DNA of 64,000 bases from assembly GCA_964585305.1 (NCBI GenBank), contig CAZPDM010000013.1, forward strand, positions 1 through 64,000, in the 5' to 3' direction. Below, one piece after another: positions 1 through 10,188 of this stretch; the stretch's first letter is position 1, and every line of letters begins with the position of its first letter. Both the position numbers and the translations under genes were made by a program. The notes below the pieces were generated by a model that was given only the letters and a program-made list of their open reading frames with translations, had not been told where the DNA came from and did no database searches. This DNA comes from an uncultured Planctomycetota bacterium. Its GTDB lineage: Bacteria > Planctomycetota > Uabimicrobiia > Uabimicrobiales > JABWCH01.

Positions 1-330
1 GAACAACCCAAAGTTGAAACTCCTGTTGAACAACCCAAAGTTGAAACTCCTGTCGAACAACCTAAAGTTGAAACTCCTGTCGAACAACCTAAAGTTGAAA
101 CTCCTGTTGAACAACCTAAAGTTGAAACTCCTGTCGAACAACCCAAAGTTGAAACTCCTGTTGAACAACCCAAAGTTGAAACTCCTGTTGAACAACCCAA
201 AGTTGAAACTCCTGTCGAACAACCTAAAGTTGAAACTCCTGTTGAACAACCTAAAGTTGAAACTCCTGTCGAACAACCCAAAGTTGAAACTCCTGTCGAA
301 CAACCCAAAGTTGAAACTCCTGAACCTGCT
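1..330 (+). repeat. Tandem 27-bp coding repeat, 12 full copies (gaacaaccYaaagttgaaactcctgtY), encoding EQPKVETPV in the peptidase reading frame; a degenerate copy follows at 325-357
   Basis: Direct reading. Period is 27 bp. Copies differ only at third-codon positions (ccc/cct, gtt/gtc). Frame 1 is open across the repeats and continuous with the ORF at 334. Confidence 0.9.
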
Positions 331-1959
331 AAAGTGGAGCCTGTTAAAATGGAAGAAGCTGCCCAAAAATTTATCCAAGAAGAAGTCGCCAAACTCGCGC
401 CATTATCTAAAGGTATTGCTTTGGCATATTGGGAAGCCACTGGTACAGGTAAAAAAGAAGCTTACGAAAAAGCTGCCGATTTTGAATTGCAAATCCGCAA
501 AGTTTTTAGCAATAAAGAATCCTACGCTCAAGCTAAAAAATTCTTGGAAAGCAATCTACAAGATGCAATGCTAAATCGTCAACTTAAATTGCTTTGCTTT
601 GGCTACATGGAAAACCAAATGGATCCACAATTAATGGAACAAATGGTAAAATTATCTTCAGAAGTAGAAAATAGTTTTAACACTTTCCGTGCAGAATTTG
701 AAAGCAATAAAGTTTCAGATAATGTACTTGTAGAAGTACTCAAAACCGAAAAAAAGGTAGAACGTCGCAAAGCCGCATGGGAAGCATCTAAAACAGTTGG
801 CGAAGCAATTGCCCCTAAATTAGTTGAACTAGTTAAACTTCGCAATAAAATTGCTCAATCTATGGGCTTTGCTAACTACTATGAAATGCGCTTACAAATG
901 GCCGAACAAAATCCAAAAGATATTGAAGCTATTTTTGATGATTTGGCCAAAACAACTGAACAACCTTTTATTGAAATCAAAAAACTCATTGATGCTAAAT
1001 TACGCCAAAATTATGGACTAGCTGAAAATGAACCCATGTATCCATATTACTATCAAGACCGTTTCTTTCAGGAAACACAAGATATTGGTGGTGTTAATAT
1101 GGACGAATATTTAAAAGACAAAGATGTAAAAGTCATTGTTGAAGCTTTTTATAATGGCATGGGATTGCCTGTAACTGAAATGTTCAATCGTTCAGATCTT
1201 TATGAACGTGAAGGCAAATATCAACACGCATATTGTATGGATGTTGATCGTGAAGGCGATGTTCGCACCATGATGTCTTTACGCAATAATCGCGATTGGC
1301 TTTCCACAACTCTTCATGAACTTGGACATGGTGTATATTCGATGAATATTGATCGAAGTTTGCCTTGGCTTTTACGTGAAGAAGCTCATATTTTCACTAC
1401 CGAAGCAATTGCCATGATGATGGAAGGTTGCACAACTAATATCAATTGGCTAAATAAAATGGTTGGCATTCCAGAAGACGTTCTCAAACAATGGGAATCT
1501 ACTTTGAATTTAGAATATAAAATGGACAAATTGATTTTCTGCCGTTGGACATTAGTCATGTATAACTTCGAACGTCAACTTTACACCAATCCTGAGCAAG
1601 ACCTCAATAAATTATGGTGGGACTTAGTAGAAAAATACCAAATGGTTACTCGTATTCCTGATCGCAATAAAGCAGATTGGGCAGCAAAAATCCATTTTAC
1701 TTCTTCCCCAGTTTATTATCATAACTATATGCTTGGCAATTTAATGGTTTCTCAAATGAAACATTTCATTGCAAAGAAAATTCTAAAAGAAGAAGATCTT
1801 AGCAAAGTTACCTTTATCAACCAACCAGAAGTCGGCAAATTTTTACGCGAAAAAATCTTTGCTATAGGGAAAAAATATCATTGGACTGATATGATTGTTA
1901 ACGCATTTGAAGAACCTCTTACTGCTAAATATTTTGGTATGGATGTTGAAATGAAATAA
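1..1959 (+). CDS. Zn metallopeptidase, M3 (oligoendopeptidase F)-like, 5'-truncated by the window edge; N-terminal Pro/Glu-rich EQPKVETPV repeat linker
   Basis: HEXXH motif HELGHGVYS with downstream Glu residues, and a catalytic-domain length of about 540 aa typical of M3/PepF-like enzymes. Frame 1 is open from nt 1 through the repeat into the annotated ORF 334..1959, so the true start lies upstream of the window. The frame-2 ORF 14..574 (KLKLL repeats) is a wrong-frame artefact. Confidence 0.6.
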   Translation, partial: EQPKVETPVEQPKVETPVEQPKVETPVEQPKVETPVEQPKVETPVEQPKVETPVEQPKVETPVEQPKVETPVEQPKVETPVEQPKVETPVEQPKVETPVEQPKVETPEPAKVEPVKMEEAAQKFIQEEVAKLAPLSKGIALAYWEATGTGKKEAYEKAADFELQIRKVFSNKESYAQAKKFLESNLQDAMLNRQLKLLCFGYMENQMDPQLMEQMVKLSSEVENSFNTFRAEFESNKVSDNVLVEVLKTEKKVERRKAAWEASKTVGEAIAPKLVELVKLRNKIAQSMGFANYYEMRLQMAEQNPKDIEAIFDDLAKTTEQPFIEIKKLIDAKLRQNYGLAENEPMYPYYYQDRFFQETQDIGGVNMDEYLKDKDVKVIVEAFYNGMGLPVTEMFNRSDLYEREGKYQHAYCMDVDREGDVRTMMSLRNNRDWLSTTLHELGHGVYSMNIDRSLPWLLREEAHIFTTEAIAMMMEGCTTNINWLNKMVGIPEDVLKQWESTLNLEYKMDKLIFCRWTLVMYNFERQLYTNPEQDLNKLWWDLVEKYQMVTRIPDRNKADWAAKIHFTSSPVYYHNYMLGNLMVSQMKHFIAKKILKEEDLSKVTFINQPEVGKFLREKIFAIGKKYHWTDMIVNAFEEPLTAKYFGMDVEMK

Positions 1960-2051
1960 TTGCTTATCCAAGCAAAATAAAAAAGAGACCATCTAAAGGC
2001 TATTCTTAGCTTTTAGACGGTCGTCTTTTATTTATAGAAAGAAAATATATT

Positions 2052-3227
2052 ATGTCAAAAGAAGTTATTATTGGCTTAGATGGCGGGGCTACAAAAATCC
2101 GTGGGGCGATTGTAGAATTAGATGAAAACGGTCTTGCATTGGATTGCAAAACTCCATATTATGAAGTTATTTATCGTGATATTTCTGAGTTTAATACTTC
2201 CTTTGTCCCTATTCCCTTAGCAATACAATTGCAACAATTTCAAGCTCAACATATAGAATTATCTGATGCAGAAGTAACCCAGGGAGATGCAATTATTCAC
2301 GCTGCAGTTTCTGTAATAGAAAAAATATTGGAGTCTAGTTTTCAAACAAAGGAAATTTCTTTTCCTTCTATTTTATTAGGAATTGGAATGCCAGGACTCA
2401 AAACTTTAGATAAACTTGGAATTGCAGTTATGGCGAATGGCCCAAGAATTCCTGAATATGGAATTAAACTGGCTAAAAAACTTCAAGAAAGAGGAATTTC
2501 ATTGGTGTCCTCCATTTCAGGATTGGGAAGCGATGCGGATTATTGCGGCATAGGAGAAAATTTGAGCCATATCGGAAAACTTAAAGATATTGAAACAGGC
2601 TATTACATAGGCATTGGAACTGGAATTGCTGATGCCATGAAAATTGCAGGAAAGATGGTTACTTTTGACGAGGCCAAACCTTGGATCGCGAAAAGCTGGG
2701 AAATCCTAGCTTCTCCTGGAATTACCATGGAAAAAATAATTTCCATGTCTGGAATTTGGCAAGCATTTCAAAATCGCCATCCAGAATTTTCTGAGGGACA
2801 TGCTGGAATCATATTTGAATTGGCAGAAAATGGGAATACTACAGCGCGAAATTTTTTAGCTGAAATCGCCCAACATTTTGCACGTTTAATTTATGATCGC
2901 ATCCATACCTTAGCAGTTGGCAATACTACTTTAAACTTTTCCAATACCACACGAAATCTTACTTCGCAGCATCCCTATTTAGGAATGACTTGGCAACGCA
3001 TTATTATTGGCCAAAGAATGGGGCATATTTGGGAAAACAAAAATTATTCAGAGTTCTTCCAAAATAAAGTAATTTTCCATATTAAAAATTTAATAGAAAA
3101 ACTTCCTCAAGAAATTTGTAAATACTATCAAAATAATCTGGAAAAAATAATTGTAGCTTCGCCTTTGGATCATGCTCCAATCTTAGGAGCGGCAATTACA
3201 GCTTATCATTCCTATAAAAAATGCTAA
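2052..3227 (+). CDS. ASKHA-superfamily ATPase, BadF/BadG/BcrA/BcrD or N-acetylglucosamine-kinase-like
   Basis: N-terminal IGLDGGATKIRGAI phosphate-1 motif typical of the BcrAD_BadFG / GlcNAc kinase family. Later glycine-rich GIGTGIADA motif. Confidence 0.5.
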   Translation: MSKEVIIGLDGGATKIRGAIVELDENGLALDCKTPYYEVIYRDISEFNTSFVPIPLAIQLQQFQAQHIELSDAEVTQGDAIIHAAVSVIEKILESSFQTKEISFPSILLGIGMPGLKTLDKLGIAVMANGPRIPEYGIKLAKKLQERGISLVSSISGLGSDADYCGIGENLSHIGKLKDIETGYYIGIGTGIADAMKIAGKMVTFDEAKPWIAKSWEILASPGITMEKIISMSGIWQAFQNRHPEFSEGHAGIIFELAENGNTTARNFLAEIAQHFARLIYDRIHTLAVGNTTLNFSNTTRNLTSQHPYLGMTWQRIIIGQRMGHIWENKNYSEFFQNKVIFHIKNLIEKLPQEICKYYQNNLEKIIVASPLDHAPILGAAITAYHSYKKC

Positions 3228-3229
3228 TA

Positions 3230-3871
3230 TTATTTTTGAGACAAATTTAAAAATGTGATCGCCTCATGAACAGAAAGGCTGCGTGCAAAGACACCATGCA
3301 ATGCTGCAATATATGAAGTATGAACATTTTCTGCTGAAACTGAAACACCGTTAAAGGATAAGGCTCTTGTAGCGCAAGCATCATGCACTAAAAGGCATTC
3401 AAATCCTAAATCCGCAGCCGCACGTGTAGTAGTATCTATGCACATGTGGGTCATCATTCCAATAATGACTAATCGAGTGATTTTATTTTTTTGCAAATGT
3501 TCAAGCAAGGATGTATTTCGAAAGCTACTTGGAAAGTGTTTTTGAATAATAGTTTCACCTTCTTTTGGAAATACGCATTCGTGAATTTCAGCCCCTTTTG
3601 TATTGGGGAGAAAAAATGTTGCTCCAGGATGAAGAGAAATATGTTGTATGTGAATAATAGGAAGTCCATTTTCTCGGAATGCTTCAAGCAACATTTTTGC
3701 TTTATTTCCTGCTTCTGTAGCACCAAACAATTCCATAGCTCCACCTGGGAAATAATCATTTTGGATATCAACAATCAGTAACGCAGTGGACATATTTTTG
3801 CTTTCTTGTGCAAAGACTAAACTTGTTAGTGACAATAAACAGATTAAAGATAAAATAATAGTTTTTCTCAT
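3230..3871 (-). CDS. Isochorismatase-family (cysteine hydrolase) protein with signal peptide
   Basis: RLVIIGMMTHMCIDTTTRAAADLGFECLLVHDACAT resembles the isochorismatase-like catalytic Cys region. The likely start is the ATG at 3871 (MRKTIILSL..., AAGGAA RBS) rather than the ORF-track start 3913. Hydrophobic signal sequence ending ...VFAQES. Confidence 0.6.
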   Translation of the reverse strand: MRKTIILSLICLLSLTSLVFAQESKNMSTALLIVDIQNDYFPGGAMELFGATEAGNKAKMLLEAFRENGLPIIHIQHISLHPGATFFLPNTKGAEIHECVFPKEGETIIQKHFPSSFRNTSLLEHLQKNKITRLVIIGMMTHMCIDTTTRAAADLGFECLLVHDACATRALSFNGVSVSAENVHTSYIAALHGVFARSLSVHEAITFLNLSQK

Positions 3872-3899
3872 AATATTCCTTTGTGAAAATATATAAAAT

Positions 3900-4721
3900 T
3901 TAATTTGATACAAATTCTTCTAAAGCTGCACGAAATTTTTGAGGTTCATCTGCATGACACCAATGTCCTGAACGCGGAAGTATAACATGCTGAACCTGAT
4001 TGTCTCTTTTTTGCCGAATCATTTCCTCAGCATGTTCCAAAATAAGATGATCGCTATTTCCTCCACGTACTAGTGTAATAGGGGCTTCTATTTGTCGCCA
4101 TTCCTCATAAAATGATAAATACTTAAGCTCCTCAACCAACTCTTGCAATCCTTCTAAATCTACACGCCAATGTAATCCTTGCTCATTTTCTTTCGCAGAT
4201 AAATTCGTTAAAAGGAAATCACATAATCGCTGATCAGTTGTAAATTGTTGCAACTGTTTGCGTGCCTCCTCAAAAGAGGCAACCGGAGTAGGAATAGCCT
4301 GTAGCCAAGATATAGCATTCGGAATATTAGGCGGAATTGGATCTAAACCAATATCTACAATCATTACTTTTTTGATAAGTTCTGGAGCTTGTGCTGCCAA
4401 ACGCATAACAACTTTTCCCCCTAATGAATGACCAATAAGGTACACAGGAGGTTTTCCAATATCTAAAATAAATTGGATCACATCAGCCACCATAGTTTGA
4501 AAAGGGCTAAGGCGATCAAATTTTGGGCTTCTGCCATGTCCTCTTAAATCAAGAGCGCAAGAACTCATTCCTTTATCATGCAACATCATTTTGAGAAATG
4601 TTTGCCAAAGTCTTCCACTTCCCAGTAATCCATGGATAAAAAACACTTGGCAAGGCAAACTTCCACATTGATAGTAATATAAAGAATGTTGAGAGTGTCC
4701 TTCAATTATATTAGGAAGCAT
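3900..4721 (-). CDS. Alpha/beta-fold hydrolase
   Basis: HGLLGSG oxyanion-region motif and GHSLGG nucleophile elbow (GxSxG). About 270 aa. Confidence 0.75.
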   Translation of the reverse strand: MLPNIIEGHSQHSLYYYQCGSLPCQVFFIHGLLGSGRLWQTFLKMMLHDKGMSSCALDLRGHGRSPKFDRLSPFQTMVADVIQFILDIGKPPVYLIGHSLGGKVVMRLAAQAPELIKKVMIVDIGLDPIPPNIPNAISWLQAIPTPVASFEEARKQLQQFTTDQRLCDFLLTNLSAKENEQGLHWRVDLEGLQELVEELKYLSFYEEWRQIEAPITLVRGGNSDHLILEHAEEMIRQKRDNQVQHVILPRSGHWCHADEPQKFRAALEEFVSN

Positions 4722-4967
4722 AAAAATCCTTTAAAATTATTGATGAAAATTTCTAATAAATAATCAGTCAACTAAGTCTTTGGACGTTTAATTGAGAGGA
4801 ATTGAACCCGCTGCTGCAATATATCGCCATTATTTTACGTTAAAGAATTGCTTTTTTCCAAGAAAAAATATTTTTCATTGGAGTTTTTAAAATTTTTTTT
4901 TATACTATAGCTCCAGTTGATATAGTTGTTTAAGCAGAAAATAGCAGAAATTTAGGACAAAAAGAAT

Positions 4968-7103
4968 ATGATTGATTTTGGGAATCTTAGAATTCATATA
5001 TATTCTGATACGTTATTTCGGATTGAATACCAACCTGATCGCAAATTTTTACATTTGCCAACACTATTGATGGGAAAAAAACTTCCTTCAGAAATTTCTT
5101 CTACCATTAAAACTTCTGAAAATACCCTGGAAATTCAAACAAAAAAATGCCAACTTCATTACCAGAAGTTGGGCAATCGTTTTGATCAAGATATATTAGA
5201 AATTCGGTTCCTATATGGAAATGAATTTCGCCTCTGGACTCCACAATATCAGCATACTACACCAATATATGAAATTTGGCGTAGTTTAGATGACTGGTCT
5301 CGTAACGTCTTACGCCAACCAAATCCTGTTATCATCAATAAAGATGGTTGGCATAAAATCGTTGACAATTCGGGATCTTATTGGAATGATGAAATTCAAT
5401 GGGTAACTATACAACGACCACCCTACTATGAAAACTGGTATTTGTTTTTTTATGGTGATGATCCTAAAATTGGATTTTTAGATTTTATCCACCTTTTTGG
5501 AAAACCTCCCTTATTACCACGCCAAGCTTTTGGCGCGTGGTATTCTCGCTGGTATCCCTTTCATCAGCAAGAACTCATTGAATTAGTAAAAAAGTATCGT
5601 GAGCATAATATCCCACTAGATGTTCTTGTTGTAGATGTTGACTGGCATCAAGAACATTGGAACGGTTATGACTGGCGAAAAGATTTATTTCCCAATCCTC
5701 AGCAATTTATTCAAACTATAAAAGATTGGGGAATTCGTCTTGTTTTAAATGATCATCCTGGTTATGAAAATAACGATCCTTTGCCAGAAAATGATAGCCA
5801 TTTAGTAAAAATCAAAGCCGAATTAAAAGAACCTCCATATAAAGCAATGTGGGCGTGCGATTGGACAAGAAAATCTTCTGTCCAAGCATGGGCCAATCAT
5901 TGTTTAAAAAACATTCTAGCTCAAGGAATAGATTGGTGGTGGATTGATGGTTGGACAGATTTTGGATTTTTAGATATTGATTCTCAATATTGGGTAAACT
6001 GGCAATATTATGAAGCAACCAAAGAATTCCATCCAGAAAAACGAGCATTGATCCTTTCCCGATGGGGAGGATTAGGCGGCCATCGTTATCCTATACAATT
6101 CAGCGGAGATACACATAGTAATTTCCAAGCATTAGCCAGAGAAATAGAATTTACAAGCTATTCTGGTGGTGTAGGCGCGAATTATTGGTCGCATGATATT
6201 GGTGGATTCCATGAAGGACAAATTGACGAAGAAGTTTATTTACGATGGCTTCAATACGGAGTATTCAGCCCTATCTTACGTACACATAGCAATCATGGAA
6301 TTCGAGAACCATTTAACTTTTCCAACCAAGCCTTAGAAATATCTCGTAGATTGATCAATCTACGCTCTTATATGATCCCTTATTGGGAGCATCTTAATCA
6401 CAAATATCAAAAAGATGGTTTCCCTAGCATACTCAATATGGCATTTCTTAATCCTCAAATATACGCTCATAACCAGCATAATCAACAGTATCTCATTGGG
6501 CAGGAAATTTTAGTATCACCTATTACAGCTTCACTACAAGGAAACAACAAAATTAGCAAAGAAGTTTTTCTCCCTGAAAAACGCTGGCTTGATACAATAG
6601 ATGGAAAATGGAAAAATGGAAATTGCCAAGTTACTACAATTTCTTCTATTTCACATATTCCTGTTTTCATTTGTTCAGGAGCTATTATTCCTACCAGCCC
6701 TTCTAATATTCCTACTGGTGCATACAAAGAATTACATATTCATCTTTTCGGAAATATTACAGAAAATGAATATCTATTTTCTTTAGATGATGGGGATACT
6801 GCCGAGGATAGCAAAGAATATCGTTCCACAACACTAATTATAAATGCCCAACAAAAAGAAAAGATTTTACAAATTCAATGTAAAATCTCAGAAAACCAAG
6901 AATTCTTGCCTCAAATGCTTCGATTTATCTATTATCCTGATCAACAAAATGTAAAACTTCTTAATATCTCAGCAGATGAAAATTCTCAAATATATTCTCT
7001 GATAACAAAAATCAATGAACAGACTGTCCCATGCTTAAGCTGGGGGATCAATCAAAAAGACTTAAAACCAGTAAATACTTTTGAATTAGAAATTCAACCT
7101 TAA
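4968..7103 (+). CDS. Glycoside hydrolase family 31-like (alpha-glucosidase / alpha-xylosidase type)
   Basis: GH31-like motif order: LPPRQAFGAWYSRW, DVLVVDVDWH, WWIDGW (nucleophile-region analogue), QFSGDTHSNF, IGGFHEG. Confidence 0.65.
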   Translation: MIDFGNLRIHIYSDTLFRIEYQPDRKFLHLPTLLMGKKLPSEISSTIKTSENTLEIQTKKCQLHYQKLGNRFDQDILEIRFLYGNEFRLWTPQYQHTTPIYEIWRSLDDWSRNVLRQPNPVIINKDGWHKIVDNSGSYWNDEIQWVTIQRPPYYENWYLFFYGDDPKIGFLDFIHLFGKPPLLPRQAFGAWYSRWYPFHQQELIELVKKYREHNIPLDVLVVDVDWHQEHWNGYDWRKDLFPNPQQFIQTIKDWGIRLVLNDHPGYENNDPLPENDSHLVKIKAELKEPPYKAMWACDWTRKSSVQAWANHCLKNILAQGIDWWWIDGWTDFGFLDIDSQYWVNWQYYEATKEFHPEKRALILSRWGGLGGHRYPIQFSGDTHSNFQALAREIEFTSYSGGVGANYWSHDIGGFHEGQIDEEVYLRWLQYGVFSPILRTHSNHGIREPFNFSNQALEISRRLINLRSYMIPYWEHLNHKYQKDGFPSILNMAFLNPQIYAHNQHNQQYLIGQEILVSPITASLQGNNKISKEVFLPEKRWLDTIDGKWKNGNCQVTTISSISHIPVFICSGAIIPTSPSNIPTGAYKELHIHLFGNITENEYLFSLDDGDTAEDSKEYRSTTLIINAQQKEKILQIQCKISENQEFLPQMLRFIYYPDQQNVKLLNISADENSQIYSLITKINEQTVPCLSWGINQKDLKPVNTFELEIQP

Positions 7104-7161
7104 GTTTGTATCAGCGGGCCATATTAAAAAAATATAGTCCGCTTAGTTTTTGGAAAAAATT

Positions 7162-7674
7162 ATGAAATATCGAAACAAATCTCGAGAAATAGCATTACAA
7201 GTTTTATATCAATACGATCTTCGTGGAGAGGAAATTCTTAATCAAATTCCTAACTTTTTAAAAGAAAAAAGCGAAGATCCTGAAATCCGTAAATATTCTT
7301 ATGAAGAATACACAGAAATTTTAAAATATGCTAAAGAATTAGTTGATGGATGTTTAAGCAATTGGAAAGATTTAGAAGGAACTATTGCAAAAGAAGCAAA
7401 AAATTGGACATTAGAACGTATGCCAGTTGTAGATCGAACAATTTTACGCATGGCTGCGTATGAAATGTGTTTTCGGAAAGATATTCCTCCAGAGGTTGCA
7501 ATCAATGAAGCTATTGAGCTGGGAAAACAATTTTCAACAGCAAATTCTGGTAAATTCATTAACGGATTACTCGATCAAATACGAAAAAACTTACCTAAAA
7601 CAAGTACCTCTCAAACTAATCTTCCAACTGTAAACAATAATCCAGATATAAGCACAGAAACAACCAATTTGTAA
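7162..7674 (+). CDS. nusB: Transcription antitermination factor NusB, with a roughly 35-aa low-complexity C-terminal extension
   Basis: RSREIALQVLYQYDL and the AYEMCF...IPPEVAINEAIELGK core are NusB signatures. The ORF-track start 7150 is a TTG; the ATG at 7162 is more plausible. Confidence 0.8.
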   Translation: MKYRNKSREIALQVLYQYDLRGEEILNQIPNFLKEKSEDPEIRKYSYEEYTEILKYAKELVDGCLSNWKDLEGTIAKEAKNWTLERMPVVDRTILRMAAYEMCFRKDIPPEVAINEAIELGKQFSTANSGKFINGLLDQIRKNLPKTSTSQTNLPTVNNNPDISTETTNL

Positions 7675-7889
7675 CAATTTGTAACATAAACTTTTATTAG
7701 GAACTATCCCACTTAAATTTTTCTATAAATAAAGTTTATAAATTAGTAAGGAAATAAGTGCATAATAACTATTAAATAAAGTTTACACCTTATTAACAAA
7801 ATAATATTCATTTTATTGGTATCATTTTTGCGAGAAATTTTTCTCTCGAAATGAATCGCTATTTGATTGCAAAATTTTTTTTATTTTTC

Positions 7890-7918
7890 TTGCTAAAATT
7901 GCTGAAACATTCTAAAAT
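7890..7918 (+). promoter_or_regulatory. Candidate sigma-70 promoter (TTGCTA, 17-nt spacer, TAAAAT) upstream of the C25 peptidase gene
   Basis: Hexamers and spacing read directly. The genome is AT-rich, so a chance match is possible. Confidence 0.3.
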
Positions 7919-8011
7919 AAAGAATGATCAAGATGAATTGATCGTCTTAAAGAAAAATGAGGTCCATAAAACCACTTTTTCTATGCAATTTAAAACATTA
8001 GGAGAATTCCG

Positions 8012-10069
8012 ATGAAAAGATTGAGCATAGCTCTCATAGCATTATTGATACTTGTTAGTTTTCTAACTGCACAAGTAAAATGGGTTTCTGTTGATGGCGT
8101 TACCAAAAAACCTGCGCCAATTCAAGTCAAACTCTTAAATGCTACTGCTGAAGAAATTAAATTTGAAGTAACCGTTCCTGGTTATATTGAACGCAAAGTT
8201 GTATTGCCAGATGGCAAAGAAGCTGTAATGATCCACATTCCAGAAACAGTTTGCACAATGGAACAAGGATTTCCCATGCTTCCTTCTTTTGCCAAACCAA
8301 TCAAACTTGCAGATCGTTGCGAAGCTGAATTGAAACTTTTAGGGAAAGAAGAAGCTGAATTCAAATTGAGCTTACCAGTAGTCCCTTCTAAAGGTCATTT
8401 CACTCGTGATATTCCTGAAGCATCTGTTCCTTTTGCTTTTGGACCAGTCTATAAACAAGACGTATTCTGGCCAGCAGAAAAAGATCAATTCAAACTTGGC
8501 AAATCTTTCTTATTGCGCAACGTACATGGTGCAGTTTTCACCATGTTGCCAATTCGTGCCAACCATGTTCAAATGAAACTTCAAGTTGTCAGCAAAGCTA
8601 CTTTTGCTATCGTATGCAAAGAAGATGGCTTAATGATGGCAACCACTCGTACTCCTCAAATTCCTAGCAGAACTTACCAAAATTTAACTAGCAATTTTAT
8701 GGGTTATGAAGAACCTATGCCACTTCGTGGTGATGTTCCTTCTGAAAACTTGAAAAAACTAGTTGTTGTTACTCCTAGCAAATTCGCTAGTACTATTTCC
8801 TCTTGGGTAAATTGGAAAAAACAATGCGGCTATACTGTAACAGTTAAAGAAGTCGCAGATGGTGTAACAGCCAGTACTATCAAATCCTACTTACAAGGCC
8901 TTTATGATAATACCGACACCCGTTTCGGCTATGTTGTATTGATTGGCGATGCCTCCTACAATTCCAATTTTGAAGTTGCACAACCCATGCCAAGTTTCAA
9001 AGGAAGTATGGAAGGTGCTGCTGCTGATCGCGTTTATGTACGCTTAGCTGGTGCTGACAATTATCCTGATGCATTCATTTCCCGCATTTCTGCTACCACT
9101 GAAACTGAAATTACAAACCAACTTACCAAAATTATGGAATATGAAAAAGGTACTTATGCTACTGGATCATGGCTTAATACTGGTATTACCATTGCCAGTA
9201 ACCAAGGCAGTCCTACTGACTATGAACGCGCCAATTGGATTATCAATGGCGGCGGCACTGGACAAAAAGTACCTATCGTAACCGGTGGTCTTTCTAAATT
9301 CGGTTATAGCTTCCCAACAGAAAACAAAATCTATGATCCAACCGCTTCCGCAGCTAAAGTAACCGCAGCAGTCAACACTGGTGCTGGAATTATTTGCTAC
9401 ATTGGTCATGGTAGCGATACTTCTTGGGGCACTACTGGCTTCAGCGTATCCAATGTTAATGCTCTAACTAATGGTGGAAAACTACCTGTAATTTGGAGCG
9501 TAGCTTGCGTTAATGGTAACTTCTTAAAAGTTGGAACTTGCTTCGCCGAAGGCTGGCTACGTAAAGCTAATGGCGGTGCAGTTGCTATGGAAGCTGCTTC
9601 TACCAATGAATCTTGGGTACCTCCTTGCGATAAACAAGCCGCAACAATCAACGCCATCATCAACAAAAAATACAGCACTTTTGGTGCTTTGGAATGTGAA
9701 GGTGTAGTTGCTGGTTTGAATAACTGGAGTTCTACCAATAGCAGCGAAGGTAACAAAATGGCCGAACAATGCCATCTATTTGGCGATTGCACAATGATAG
9801 TTCGCACCAAAGCCGCGACAGCTCTTCAAGTATCCAAAGAACGCGGTCTAGACAATAACATCGTTTTCAATGTTATGACCGAAGAACGCTCTGTTGCAGA
9901 TGCAACCGTTACCGTCTATAACCAAGACTTCAGCATTATGGTCAGTGGCGAAACTTCTGAAGATGGTACAGTCAACATCATTCTACCAGAAGAAGCCGCA
10001 AACGCTGAACTATTCTACACTGTAGTTGGTCAAGACGTTATTGCTATTGACAATGAAAAATTAAACTAA
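8012..10069 (+). CDS. Secreted cysteine peptidase, family C25 (gingipain-like)
   Basis: Signal peptide. Catalytic His context YIGHGSDTSWG and Cys context IWSVACVNGNF, as in gingipain-family C25 peptidases. AGGAGA RBS. Confidence 0.7.
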   Translation: MKRLSIALIALLILVSFLTAQVKWVSVDGVTKKPAPIQVKLLNATAEEIKFEVTVPGYIERKVVLPDGKEAVMIHIPETVCTMEQGFPMLPSFAKPIKLADRCEAELKLLGKEEAEFKLSLPVVPSKGHFTRDIPEASVPFAFGPVYKQDVFWPAEKDQFKLGKSFLLRNVHGAVFTMLPIRANHVQMKLQVVSKATFAIVCKEDGLMMATTRTPQIPSRTYQNLTSNFMGYEEPMPLRGDVPSENLKKLVVVTPSKFASTISSWVNWKKQCGYTVTVKEVADGVTASTIKSYLQGLYDNTDTRFGYVVLIGDASYNSNFEVAQPMPSFKGSMEGAAADRVYVRLAGADNYPDAFISRISATTETEITNQLTKIMEYEKGTYATGSWLNTGITIASNQGSPTDYERANWIINGGGTGQKVPIVTGGLSKFGYSFPTENKIYDPTASAAKVTAAVNTGAGIICYIGHGSDTSWGTTGFSVSNVNALTNGGKLPVIWSVACVNGNFLKVGTCFAEGWLRKANGGAVAMEAASTNESWVPPCDKQAATINAIINKKYSTFGALECEGVVAGLNNWSSTNSSEGNKMAEQCHLFGDCTMIVRTKAATALQVSKERGLDNNIVFNVMTEERSVADATVTVYNQDFSIMVSGETSEDGTVNIILPEEAANAELFYTVVGQDVIAIDNEKLN

Positions 10070-10097
10070 TCATTCTAAAACGCTAAAAAATAAAAAA

Positions 10098-10125
10098 GGC
10101 AGTGAATTTTCACTGCCTTTTTTTG
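10098..10125 (+). terminator. Bidirectional rho-independent terminator (GGCAGTGA-ATTT-TCACTGCC, flanked by an A-run and a T-run)
   Basis: Perfect 8-bp stem with flanking A/T runs, between convergent genes (8012..10069 plus strand, 10189..12006 minus strand). Confidence 0.8.
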
Positions 10126-10188
10126 TTTTTATATTCCTACAAATGAAATAGCAGGCAGATTTAACATCTGTCCGCGTTCAGAATAATA

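Noticed and set aside
1-330. Possible CRISPR array (regular 27-bp direct repeats)
   Set aside because: The copies are contiguous with no spacers, and the array is in-frame coding sequence of the peptidase. No cas genes anywhere in the window.
14-574. 186-aa ORF made of KLKLL/NNPKLKLL repeats
   Set aside because: It is the +2 frame of the 27-bp tandem repeat. Frame 1 (EQPKVETPV) is continuous with the M3-like peptidase, and its differences are synonymous only in frame 1, so this ORF is a wrong-frame artefact.
3469-3781. Overlapping 96- and 101-aa ORFs on both strands inside the isochorismatase-like gene. Likewise the other short antisense or nested ORFs in the track (e.g. 603..845, 5812..6048, 9406..9810, 11681..11938/13594..13851, 15958..16365, 22881..23470, 48691..49092, 54088..54387, 62848..63261).
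   Set aside because: All lie inside or antisense to longer ORFs with clear family motifs. They have no RBS, and their composition is typical of chance ORFs in antisense frames. The 11681/13594 pair is conserved only because it sits in the duplicated GT gene.
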